A stretch of DNA of 64,000 nt. Origin: Paragordius varius. Taxonomy: Eukaryota; Animalia; Nematomorpha. Of the stretch, positions 11,433-23,700 are shown piece by piece; the first letter of the stretch is position 1; every line of letters starts with the position of its first letter. Position numbers and translations under genes: made by a program. The stretch spans positions 11,718,001-11,782,000 of the forward strand of contig OZ176052.1 of NCBI GenBank assembly GCA_964247055.1, written 5' to 3'. Below the pieces are notes generated by a model. It saw only the letters and a list, made by a program, of their open reading frames with translations. It searched no databases and was not told the origin of the DNA.

Positions 11433-14400
11433 ATGTTTTTAAAACCACATGAATACCCAACACAAAATGTAAACGAAGATAAAGAGGACATAAATTTGAA
11501 TTATTCAAATGTTATATACAATCCATATTCAGCACTATCTTTGCAACGTCAAAAAGAAGGCTTACCAATTTATTCCCACAAACAAGAATTATTTGATGCA
11601 ATCGAGCAATATCAAACGGTAATTATTGCAGGAGAAACTGGTTAATAATGATTTTAAATTATCAAGGATCTGGAAAAACTACACAACTTCCACAATACCT
11701 GGTGGAATGGGGATGGACCGAACCCTTATTTATATCATCCAAACAAAATGGATCACAAAATTCCCTTCATGCATCAAAAGAGCGTAGATTTAAAATATGT
11801 TTGGTTCAACCAAGAAGAGTTACCGTCATAAAATCAGCCATGCGAATTAACGAGGAAACGGGTCATGGAACGGTTTTGGGAAAACATGTTGGTTATGTCA
11901 TTAGGTATCCATTTTCACTATTTGAAAAGAATTAATGCCAACAAAATATTAGTTAATAGGGTATTATGAATTAGTTTAGATTAATTCTAAAAATATATCT
12001 TGTATTTTTGCAGACATGACCTTTGAAAATTGATAATTTTGAATATCTACATAATTGAAACACAAGATATAAACTATTCGAATTTACGGCTAATTGTCTG
12101 TAAAAGTTACACATTTTTCACCAAATTTCGCACATTCAATATTTTTCGTTTTCCAATGTTGAATGGTCAACACTAGTATTAAAAAAACAACTTTTTTCAA
12201 ACAGATTTGATTCGGTGTATCACGAGGAACTTACGCGAATCAAAGTTGTCACACGAGGTATACTACTCCGGGAAATGCTTACTGACCCCTTACTTTCAGC
12301 CTATAGCGTTATAATCATGGATGAAGTTCATGAAAGAACTCTGGAAACTGATATTCTTTTGGGTCTTCTAAAGAAAGTTTTAAAACGTCGACCCCAACTT
12401 AGACTTATTATTGCTTCTGCAACGATAAATGTGGACACTTATCGAGACTACTTTGATTTAGCTCAGGAGAGAGGATTGAAATGGAAAACATTACATCCAG
12501 ATTCGGAAACGTCTAAGAAGGCAGAAATCAATGGTGCGATTTATAACTTTTTAAGAATCTTTTGTTGTTAACATGAGATTAGAACAAGAAAGTCATAAAA
12601 TTATATATAATTGGTAGGCATAATAATAATAGAAAAATAATTTATATTAAAAAAAATCATCCAAAAATGTTTTATTTTATGCAATACTAAACTTGGGTCA
12701 TTTTGGTTTATAAACATTATTTTAAAAAAACGATATATGATTATATCCCCTCTCTTAACTTTTTTAGATGACATTTTGGGAATATCAACGGCAACAATTG
12801 TCAATGTTAATAAACGAACATATGATTGCGACATTTTTTACTTGCAAAAGTTTATATTTTATTTCAATTATTTTTTTCTCACATTAAAAATATTTGATAA
12901 CAATTTTTATTAATCATCATCAGACCAATCCCGGATTACATAGAGGGGACAGTTATGACGGTCCTTGATATCCTGAAAAATAGTAAGCATGGCGATATAC
13001 TTGCTTTTCTAACTGGTCGAGATGATATTGATAAATGCATCAAATTGTTAAAGTAAAATTTAGATCTGTTTTACTTTTTGATGTTTTATTTACAATAGAT
13101 TTATGTGTGGGGTTTTAGATCGACACCAAATACTTAATTCTTCTGATAAAAAATGCATCTATTTTAATCATGGAATTATATTTTTAAACTCTATATTGTT
13201 ATTTATTTGGTGTAACACATACCTTTTGTTCTGCATTATAAGTAAAAGTAAAATGATAAAACAAAATTTATAAAGTAAAAGGCTAAAAAGTTTATAATTT
13301 TTTTTTAAAATCCTTGAATTAACTATAACCCCTATCCTTATCGTTGCCGATTTGGAAATAGATATGTAAATTGGTAACATACTCATTTATATATTTTGCC
13401 CTAGATATCACTAGATATTATATAGATATCAATGTTTATTAAATATGGTTTTCTTTACGGTTTCAACTTATTGCTAAATATATTACCATACCGTATAGTG
13501 AAAAACTCGATCGAATATTTCAATCAAATATGGGTATTAATAGTGATGATACTGAACAAAAACAATCAGCAAAATTATTTGCTCACATTAAACAACAATC
13601 AGATATTGTCATTTTTCCTTTGTATGCTGCCCTATCAGACAAGGATCAAATAACGGCTTTGCACACACTACCCACCTATAAAAGAAAATGTATCTTTGCC
13701 ACAAACATAGCTGAAACTTCACTTACTATAAAGTAAGAAGGTAGCTTTTATTTTTTTTCAAATTTTCACAATTTGCAATTTTGGGGTTTTAATCGATTTT
13801 TCGCTGTTTTTTTGTTTTGTTACTGATTGATGGTTCAACATTGTTGTAGCTGGTAAATTTAACAACACTTTTTATCGCTAACAACTTTGACATTTGTTAA
13901 CAAAAACTTTGGATGTCGTTAAATCTACTTAATTGTTGTATTTTTACCAATAAGAGTTTGCTATTAGCATGATATATAAAAACCCGATTACTTTTTTTGG
14001 ATTTTTATACTAAACCAAATTGAAATACTTTTGATTTTTTTGTACAATCAAAATGAGAAATAACTCTAATTTTAAAAACAAATAAACAATGGCATTTAAA
14101 ATGCTTATAAATCTATGTCTGTAAAATAAATTATGTATGTCAATAAAGGTGTAAACAATTATATTAGTAACATTTCGTATGTGATTGATTGCGGTTATGA
14201 AAAGATTAAATATTACGATGATCGATTCGCCCTTGAAATCCTTACGACGCATCCCATTTCTCAAGCTTCTGCTATACAAAGGGCTGGGCGAGCCGGACGA
14301 ACTGCCCACGGAAAAGTTTTTAGACTTTATACCGGTTTTTTTTTCTTTCAAAAAAAAATATAAAATTTAAAATAATTTGTTTTGGTTACTTTTACAATGT

Positions 14401-17400
14401 TTTACGTTTTAACATAGTGTTTAGTTTCAGATATATTTTGAGTAATATGGTGGATAAAAGGGGATTATAATTAATTATATGAAAAAATTATATAAAGGTT
14501 AAAAAACGTTTATGTTCATGTTTAAATATCTTAATTTTTATATAAAAAATTTAAATGAACTCATTTGGTTATACAAAATTAAAATTAGTTTTGAATATAT
14601 TTTTTGCTATAAGTAAATTTTATTATGAAACTTATTTTGTAAAACTAATTCAAATTATTCAGTATGTATCATAAATATCGTTTTGACATAGTTTTTGTAA
14701 GGATTTACTACCCTATAAAATATGATTCGAATCATAATATTGTCAATGAGAACGAATATTTTATGTTAAAATAATGATTTGAATTCTCGTAAAATTTATT
14801 AAATTGAACTATATCCAAAATTTTTGATACATGGTAATATTTTTTTCAATGGATCAACTAATTACAAAAGAAATATTATTGATAAAATATAATTTAAACA
14901 AAATATAAATAATTATAGAATATGATAAAAAAAATATAAAATGTGTGTCAATTATGTCCTCAATTTAAAATTTTTTACCAGAATTCAAATTATTATTTTA
15001 ACATTATAATATTGTTGTTTGCTTAATTGCCATCTTTCAGAAGAAACATACAAGAATAGTATGCCCCCACACCCCATAGCAGAAATGGTCAGATGTGATC
15101 TCACTCAAGCTATTTTACATTTAAAAGCATTCGCCATAAACCCCATAACCTTTAATTACATTGATAGACCACCGGCACAGAATGTTATTTCAGCACTGGA
15201 AACGCTTTATTTCTTACGTGCAATCAATGAACGAGGAAAACTTGGACATATTGGTTAGTTTTGATATTACATATTTAGCTTTTTAGGTTTAGTTAGATTA
15301 TTTAGTTAATAACAATTTTCTTTTTGGAAATTTCCAGATGCTTCACGCCTTGTATTTAAGCAAATTCAATATTTTATAGGGTTTATAGTTGGAAATTTGA
15401 GTTAATGAATCCTGCTTTTTACGGTTTTATATTGGCGAAGGAGGGCAGGTGGTTCGATTATAAAACATTCATGTATGAAAAATTTAATATTATTGAAACA
15501 TGCTTGTACCCAAGCTTTTCGTCTGTAAAGCAAATTTAAAAAATGATAAGCTATGCCGAGATTTTATTTTTAAAAGTAAATTAAATATGCGCAAATTTCT
15601 CATTTTTATGTGATTTGAGTGTCAATTTTATATTACTTGTCCCAGGACGTATTATGGTGGATATGCCTATCGGACCAACTTACGCCCGTATGATAATCCA
15701 TGCAATGGAACACAATTGTTTAAAGCCTGTCCTCTTCATTTGCGCCATGCTACAAATCAAAACAGTCTTTAACGCTAATCCATCGAGACGTCTACAAGTT
15801 GATACACGAAAGTTGGCCTGTTTTGCTGTTAAAGAGGGTGATCTATTCACCTACCTGAACGTTTTCAATGGTTATTTGGCCGCTATGGTACGAGGGAAAG
15901 AGGTATACCGAGATATAAAAAAGATTTTGTTAATCTAACGTTCTTATTTACTTACTTTCTATACTTTTAAGGGCATTTTTATCCCTCTCGAAATTTTTAG
16001 AGGTAAAAATTAATACCATTTTTATACCATTAATACTTCAAATTCACCCTCGATAATATCAACACCCTAAAATAAATTATATGTTGTTGAATATTATATT
16101 TTCTTATTTAAAATAAATTATTAGAGAAAAAATAAACTGTACCATAGGAATATTTAATAATGAGTTTAGGCAAAAAACACTTAATTTATTTTTAGGGATA
16201 TTTTAAAGTTTTAAGGGTGAATTTGTGTTTTTCAAAAGTATAAAAGTGTTCCAGGGTGGATTTGAGTTGTTAATGGTATATTTTATAATAATTATCCATA
16301 TCTTATCAATTTTTATCTGACATATGGAATTAAATGCACACTCTTTTCCGGGGCAACTTTTTACAACTCACTCTTTTATTTACTCTTGCGTTTCTTTGTT
16401 GGTAGGTTGGATTTTGCCGCGAAAATTATTTGCATCAAAAGGGTATAGAACGAGCCTACCACATTTACAAACAATTAGCAAATTACATTATTCATCACAA
16501 GGAGATTTTTTCTAATATACTGACATCTAACTCTTCATCCAATGATATAGATGCTATGGATGAGTTTGAAAGCAATAATTTGCCACAAATCATCCCGTTG
16601 GAATCCTCCAAAAACGTTAGAATCGATAATGTCAAAGATGCCTTGAAAGAATTGGAATATGATTTGAAACATGGTTTTTTATTCGTTTTTATTATATTAA
16701 AGGTGTTAAACTCAAAATATTTATCAGAGACAATAATCGGATAGGCGTCATTAAATTAGAAAGTTACGTTGAGAGTTAAATTATTCTGCTCATGTAATAT
16801 TTTTAATTCTTAATAACTACCTTTAATAAACAAACTCAAATCAAAATAGAAGTGGTATAAATTAAGTAACATAATGATTTCACATTTAAATGATCAGTAA
16901 AATAATTATTGGCAGAATAAAATTTAAATTAAAAATTACCTGCCAAATCTTAAAAATATAGAACACTTTTGGTTTAAAATTTTTAGAAAAAACTCAAACA
17001 GAAGATGATGAACGTTTTGACATTATGCCAAATCCCGAAACCATCATGAAATGCATTATTAAGGGTTTCTTCCAAAACGTCGCACATTTCAATGCAAAAA
17101 CTAACACGTATTTCACGCTAAAAACTGGTTATGGTCCCCTTAAGATTCACCCTGATTCTGTACTTTTTACCTTAAATCCACCTCCACGGTAAACATGAAT
17201 TTTTATATCCACTTATTTCTATATTAGCATGGATGTAATATTAAATTTTGGTTATATAATTTACGTTAAGTAGCTTTATTTATTATACCTTTGGATGTTG
17301 AACAAAGTATATGATTAATACTTCCATGTTTTTGTATATCCTTTTTAATAATGTTAACACATACTAGAATAAAATTACAAAAATTAATTTTATATCGTTA

Positions 17401-17866
17401 TGTAAATAATGTTTGGTAACTTTCTATTTAGACAAAAATATTTATATATACAAAGTTTATTAACAATATTTAATATCAAACGTTTGTTCCTATCTTACAC
17501 CGTTAAAATTGATCAAAAACTTGAGTAAATTTTTTACAATCTCTATCAACAAATTTTAGTATATATATATATATATATGGGAAAAAATTTCTGATTTATA
17601 ACATATTATTTTCTTCTAGATATGTGATATTTCATGAAATTATCTTTTCCTCGACAAATTCGCCATTTTCTCAAAACAAGGTTGGCCGAATATCTGAGTC
17701 TGAAAAAAATGTTGCCTACATGTATGATATAACAGCGCTACCTAAAGGCCTTCAAGCCTGTAAATTATTGACTTCTGAAATGCCAAACTATTTTGTTTTT
17801 GGGACGCCTTATGAAAGAAATGAAGCTCAAATACGTGAAATATCTGACATGATGTTATTGACATGA
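11433..17866 (+). CDS. DHX35: DEAH-box RNA helicase DHX35, 12 coding exons
   Basis: N-terminal VIYNPYSALSLQRQKEGLPIYSHK is DHX35-like. Motifs GETG|SGKTT, QPRR, DEVHER, SAT, FLTG, TNIAETS, QRAGRAGR, then HA2 and OB-fold regions (IKGFFQN...IHPDSVL...YVIFHE). Approximate exons: 11433-11640, 11667-11904, 12205-12533, 12768-12849, 12924-13052, 13499-13732, 14168-14334, 15041-15253, 15646-15887, ~16404-16673, ~16987-17188, ~17621-17866. Confidence 0.93.
11641..11666 (+). other. 26-nt spliceosomal intron splitting Walker A of DHX35
   Basis: GTTAATAATGATTTTAAATTATCAAG; removing it restores GETGSGKTT. Confidence 0.92.
16025..16278. mobile_element. Foldback MITE, family C, in a DHX35 intron
   Basis: TA|TACCATTAA...TTAATGGTA|TA ends; long imperfect inverted arms with repeated CAAATTCACCCT / AGGGTGAATTTG units and CCCTAAAATAAATTA. 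Confidence 0.7.
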
Positions 17867-18001
17867 TAATTTTTTGTAGATGCAAAATATATTTTTATAT
17901 AGAATTTTAACATACATACACTATATAATTATTAAGGTTAAATTATTGGTTAAAAATGAATAAAAGTATTTTACATGTTAGATATAAAATTTTTACGATA
18001 T

Positions 18002-18960
18002 TCTATATATTTATAAAAATGGAAAGTGGCGGCTTTGTGATCTGTTTCCGGAAAACCGATAGACCCATTCAAATCCAAATGTCGAAAAAATATAATCATT
18101 AATGAATGCCCAACAATAGCTTCGCCCTTTTTTGAATTAGGCCCCCAGCTCGGGCCCGCCCCATGTAAAAAACGAGTTTTTTTTGAAAAGAGAAGTCCAC
18201 AAAAATCGTGTCTTTGAGACAATTTTCGGAAAGTTGGACCATTCGATTTCAAATATGATTTTTTTTGCTAATTTTCGATTGCGCCGAAAATAGTCAGCTC
18301 GCTTTTTTATTAGGCTCTCTTTTTACCCGCTTCCCCCGTAAAATGCCACTTTTTTCAAAAAAACTAAGTCCACAAAAAATAATTTTTTGAATCTATTTTT
18401 CGCCCAAGGTATGAGACCGTAAAAATTCAATAAAGATTCTTGAGATTCCTTGTTAAAAGGTAAAAACTTTAGTCGTGCGTTTATTTTATATTGCCACCGG
18501 GTAAGGAGCTATCCGCTAAAAACTGATCCGTCATATCAAAATAGTGTGCATTTGGGGCTAAATTTCAGAAAACCTATTAGGCCATATGAGTTCGATCCGT
18601 GCCTAAAATATTACCCATAAAAAATCAAAAATTTTAGTCGAGCGGATTTTTTAGATTAGCAATTAAATAGGCCCTTTACGCCCTAAAATATGCGCTATCA
18701 TTGAACTATTATTTAGTTTTGAAGCCATTCTACCATAAACTATTAGGAATGAACGATGATTCCAGGTATAAAGGCAAATTTTTTTTATCTAACTTCATTT
18801 TTATATTGGCCTCTGGGTAGGGGGCTACCCGCCTACAACTGCGCCATCATATCGAACATGCCTTTGGAGCCAAATTTCAGAAAACCTATGAGACTATGTG
18901 ATCATTTCAAAACTTCGTGCTTCATAATAAAATTGCTTATAAAATCAAAAATATATTATG
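18002..18960 (+). mobile_element. Non-autonomous Helitron, 3'-truncated copy
   Basis: Starts TCTATATATTTATAAAAATGG and is collinear with the 19289 copy over several hundred bp; no hairpin-CTAG end seen. Confidence 0.7.
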
Positions 18961-19288
18961 CTTATTTCAAATAAAATTGTTATCTCAATATTCAATCCTG
19001 CTTTTTCAATATCAAATGTTTTTTTAAGTTTTAGACAGTTATAATCAGACAATTGATATCATATAAGAGTCACGTAGATTAGAGCGAAATAAGAAATAGT
19101 TTCATAATTTAAAAATTATACGCTTTTAACCGAGCTTTTCTGAGGATTTTTTTGTAATGATCAATCATAGTTTATTGATTTTAAACATAAAATCGTATTA
19201 GTTTATTGTTTTATTATTTATTTATCTATCATATGTATAGGAAATTAAAAAATATATTGATAATAAAAAAAAACATTATTTGTGGTCA

Positions 19289-20423
19289 TCTATCTATTTT
19301 ATAAAAATGGAAAGTGGTGGCTTTGGGATCTGTTTCCGGAAAACCAGTACACCCATTCAAATCCAAATATCGAAAAAATATAATTTTTAATGATTTCCCC
19401 GACAATAGTTTCGCCTTTTTTTAATTAGGCCCCCAGTTCGGGCCCACCCCATGTAAAAAGTTTTTTTTGAAAACAAGTCCACAAAAATCGTGTCTTTGAG
19501 ACAATTTTCCAAAAAACGTGTTGGACCATTCGATTTCAAATGTATTTTTTCTTTACTTATTTTCGATTGCGCCGAACATAGTCGGCTCTCTTTTTTAATT
19601 TAGGCCCTCTTTTTACACGCTCCTCACATAAAATGCCATTTTTTTTCAAAAAAATCAAGTTTACAAAAATATTTTTAAATCTATTTTTCGCCCAAAGTAT
19701 GAGACCGTAAAATTTCAATAAGGATTCCTGGTTTTTTTTATATTGGGTGCTGGGTAAGGATATACCCGCTAAAAACTGATCCGTTATATCGAAATAATGT
19801 GCCTTTGGAGAATTTCAGAAAAGCTATCAGGCCATATGAGTTCAATCCGTGCTTAAAATATTACCTGTAAAAAGTCAAAAATTTAAGTCGCGCGGATTAA
19901 ATAGCCGTTATTAATGGAATCTATAATAATTCTATACATTGCCCATATTAAGTCAAAAATTTTGCCCAACGATGTTTTTATAACCCTAGATAAGGATCTA
20001 CCCGCCAAAAACTGCGCACTATATAACAATTGCGTTGTTTTGGAGCTAATTTACTGAAATTTTATGAAGCCATATAAGCTCATTAAAAGCTTGAAATATT
20101 ACCCGTAACTAGGCAAACAAGGTCAGGGTTTTTTATTAGCCGTTAATTTGGGGCTCTTATGCTCTAAAAATACGCCATCAATAACGAATACTTATTGCAG
20201 TATTTTTTCAAATGACCCATGAGACGATGGTATCAAAGATAATTCCAAATATTTCCTATAAAGGCAAAGAATTTAACTCAGCGCTTTTTCTATATAGGCC
20301 TATGGGTAGGGGGCTACAGGTTTAAAACTGAGACGCCATACAAAAATGACATAACTTTGGAGCTAATTTTCAAAAAACTTAAGAACTTCCTCGGGCTGCG
20401 TAGCAGCACGAGATTTACGCTAG
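19289..20423 (+). mobile_element. Non-autonomous Helitron, complete
   Basis: 5' A|TCTATCTATTTTATAAAAATGG; 3' hairpin CTCGGGCTGC-GTA-GCAGCACGAG (20390-20412) followed by CTAG|T (20420-20423); inserted at an A|T site with no TSD. Internal degenerate repeats (GGTAAGG..CTACCCGC.AAAACTG...TTTGGAGCTAATTT). Confidence 0.85.
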
Positions 20424-20789
20424 TTTATTATAAACCTCTACACGAAAAATATTTGTATTAAAAGCTTTTAGTCTAAATAATTCGACGAACTTTAATTATT
20501 TCTCCAATATAAAGGGTTCATTAAAACAAATTATATTTATTGGTATATACCTTAGAGGTATGAAAAATCTAATAAATAATATGTCAAAAATCTGTGAAAT
20601 GCATGGATGGAGATTTAAATAGTAAAGATTTTAGATTGCACCAATTTTACCAATCATAAATCGAGTGTATATAAAACAAAATTCTCATAGAAAGTCAATT
20701 ATACCGCGAAATGTATAATTTGTTAACCGGTATTTGTTACAACATTAAACACATTTCTTTATCATCCATTTTATCAAAATTACATTACA

Positions 20790-23700
20790 TTATTCTTTTA
20801 ATTTCCTAGCCAGTGGTGTATTTTCTTTTTTGTGCGCACAGTTTTTCCCCTTATTCCACCAAAAAGATTGAAGACCTGATAATGTCATTTTTGACATATT
20901 ATTATTATTATTATTTGAATTATTTGAATTAATTTGTTGATTCAAAGCAGCATTTTTAACAATTATGAATATGGGTAAGTCAGATTTCATGGCATAAAAA
21001 ACGTTAGCATCTGCCGGCAGATGAAAACATCCCTTGAGAGGCATTTTAAAATTCTTTGAGGAACTGTTGCTATTATAAGCAGCGGAATTATTTACAATTA
21101 AGGTATGGACAAGGTCCAACTCAATTTGATACAGGGAATATGCTAAGACATTGAATGCGTGGTGTTCAGTTTTATTTTCGTTATTATTAATACAATTAAT
21201 ATTGTTTTCAGATTCTGTGTTTAATCCATATTTTTTAAGGGCTCTGCGTATAACATCGGACGTTTTGTCACTATTAGTTATCTATGATATGATAAAGTAC
21301 ATTTTATTATAAATAATGGCAAAATAAAACTTTTGCTATATATAATATACAAGGACATCCGTTTATTGTATAAAACAGTAATTACTTTCAACAGAAAATT
21401 AAATCTATCTATAAGCGATTAAAATAAAATTGTGATTTTGATTTGAACTATTATATCGTAGTCTTATTTTAAATTCAATATTTCCATTAATTGTTAAGTA
21501 ATTGAATGGGAAACATTACAGGTTTTTATCGTCAACTCTATCATAAATATCCAAATGTACTGATCAAAACTTATTAATCCTAATATTCTGTCCTATAATA
21601 AATTTAATCAAATACAAAATATATATGTATGCCTACCCATATGCTTTTGTAGATATTGTAATAGGTATCGTATGCTGATGGGACCAGAGATTTTGTTTTT
21701 TGACTGGTGGTCGATAAAGTTCCGTCCAAGAAATACACTTTAATGGCTCTACAACAATCGGGGTCAAACATTTTGAGTGTTGAGTCATCAGAAGATAAAC
21801 GATCACATGAAATGGTAGATGTACTTTTGTACCCATTCTCGCCATTGTCAACATTTTTAACACATGTGATCTCATTATTATTGTTATTTAAGCCAACTTC
21901 AGCAATATCATTATAAATTGGATCATCTTGACATCCATCATCCTTATTTTTCGTGCCATTAATGTTTATGGGTGTGTTTGCATTAAAATCAAGTTCAGAA
22001 GAATCATTCGTGATAAATGTGTTGAGTGAATCAACACCAGAATCATCTACCAACAATGCCTTATTAGAACCGCACAGTCCATTGTCATTTAGTGTACAAG
22101 AAGGTATATTATTGGAAGATGCAAGACTTTCGTCTGCCAGAATAGATGAAAGTGGTGAAGTTGGAGGCAAAATGGAATCAAAAATTGTTTCTAAACATAT
22201 TTTTTCATGCGCGTAGGAGGCAATAGTAGAATCTAGGATTTTAGGCTTTTGGTGATGCCTTACATAACCATTTGTCGGGTTGCTGATGTGATTATACGAA
22301 GTAAGTGTATGTACGCATGCCAAATGATTATTGTCGTGATTGAGAAAATTAGATTGGCCACGATTTAGATTTTGATCCTCCAATCCGTTGAGGACATAGA
22401 CATTATCAGCGTGTAAAGATTTGACCCATAAAGCATTTGCTTTTGGAGAAGATTCATAAGTAGTAGAGTTTGCCAGAACACGGCCATTCCTGGCTAACGG
22501 ATTAATGGGGGCAAAAAAATCGCGGTCAAATTTTGTTCTGACCCTACCACTCATATTGTAGGTGTCATCAAGTGCTACACAATTCTTTAACCGTTTGTGA
22601 AGGGAATCGTTTCGATTCATAAAAGGGAACATGTGATTAAATTTTATGGGAGTCAGGGTTGAGGAATTAGGACTTTGGGCATAAGTGTTGCTTGACGGAG
22701 AAATTGTTGAGGACTTGGAAAATTGTGTGTGGAGATTGATAAATTCGCCTTCAAAACTATTAGTGTGCCCATATTTCATTGCATGTTCCCCATTATATTG
22801 TTGACTTCTGTTTGGTGTCTGTTGGGATCGTTTAACAGTATCTTCCTGTCTACCCATATTACAAAAATTAATGTTAAATATTTTTTAAAACTCAACGGGG
22901 GGAAATAATCATACGAACCTTTTTTTAAAAAATATCATTTTAATACGACAAAAATTTAAAACACTACTACAATTATCAAAATATATCTGAATAAAATTAT
23001 TATGAAACACAATATTATCTTTTTTTCAAAACATTCCAATTGCATTGAATAAAAAGGCCTAAATTTTAACAATAAAAAAATTAAGAAAATCTGTACTTAT
23101 AGCAGCGAAAATATTTTCATCACTGCATAAATTTGTAAAATATACCGATAATTGCACCGATTTTTATCGTACGAAGAAGCTCCATTTTCATGGCTAATGT
23201 TCAAATTTTTGCTGGTATTTGGTGATTGCTGATTCACATTATTGATGTCACCAGTAGTGAAAGATTTTTTCATGTGAGATGTAATACCACCGGCTCCCGA
23301 AAAGCTTTTAGTTGATTTCTCATTGGCTCCCCTTTCATAAATTCTTAGAGCTTTAGTGCGTTCACACATTAATTCATATTTTTGTTTTTGCACTGAGGCT
23401 GGCCAATTCTCATCACTTTTATCGTAGGTTTTTTTTCCTTCATTCGAATTGCAGGAAACAAAGCGGGTATAAAAACTTTGGAAGTATTTAAAGTGTTCAC
23501 AATTACCCCCAAACCAAGACCAAAATCTCCAATCTGGTTCAATGTTGTAGTTGGATGCTGAGGCCTGGTACAACTTTAGTTGCAACAATGTATCAAATTC
23601 TTTCCGCCTTTTATCAAAATTTATCAGACCGTTTTGAGACAGACTGTTTGTTGTTGTAACTTCGGCATTTTTTCTCAAAACCCTTTTTTCAAAGTCCCCT

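Noticed and set aside
11641-11666. Micro-introns as frameshift sequencing errors, pseudogenisation or programmed ribosomal frameshifts
   Set aside because: Every case begins GT, ends AG, is strongly AT-enriched relative to flanking codons and restores the protein exactly, across six otherwise intact genes; errors or frameshift signals would not show this pattern.
17971-18974. ORFs 17971-18252 and 18756-18974 as genes
   Set aside because: They lie within the non-autonomous Helitron repeat and show no Rep/helicase or other recognisable motifs.
21633-22908. Overlapping or antisense ORFs within RGL, CC2D1, the 41890 gene, MRL and Jun (e.g. 21707, 21953, 34213, 42473, 52044, 54648)
   Set aside because: Shadow ORFs on the opposite strand or frame of real exons, with no homology signal.
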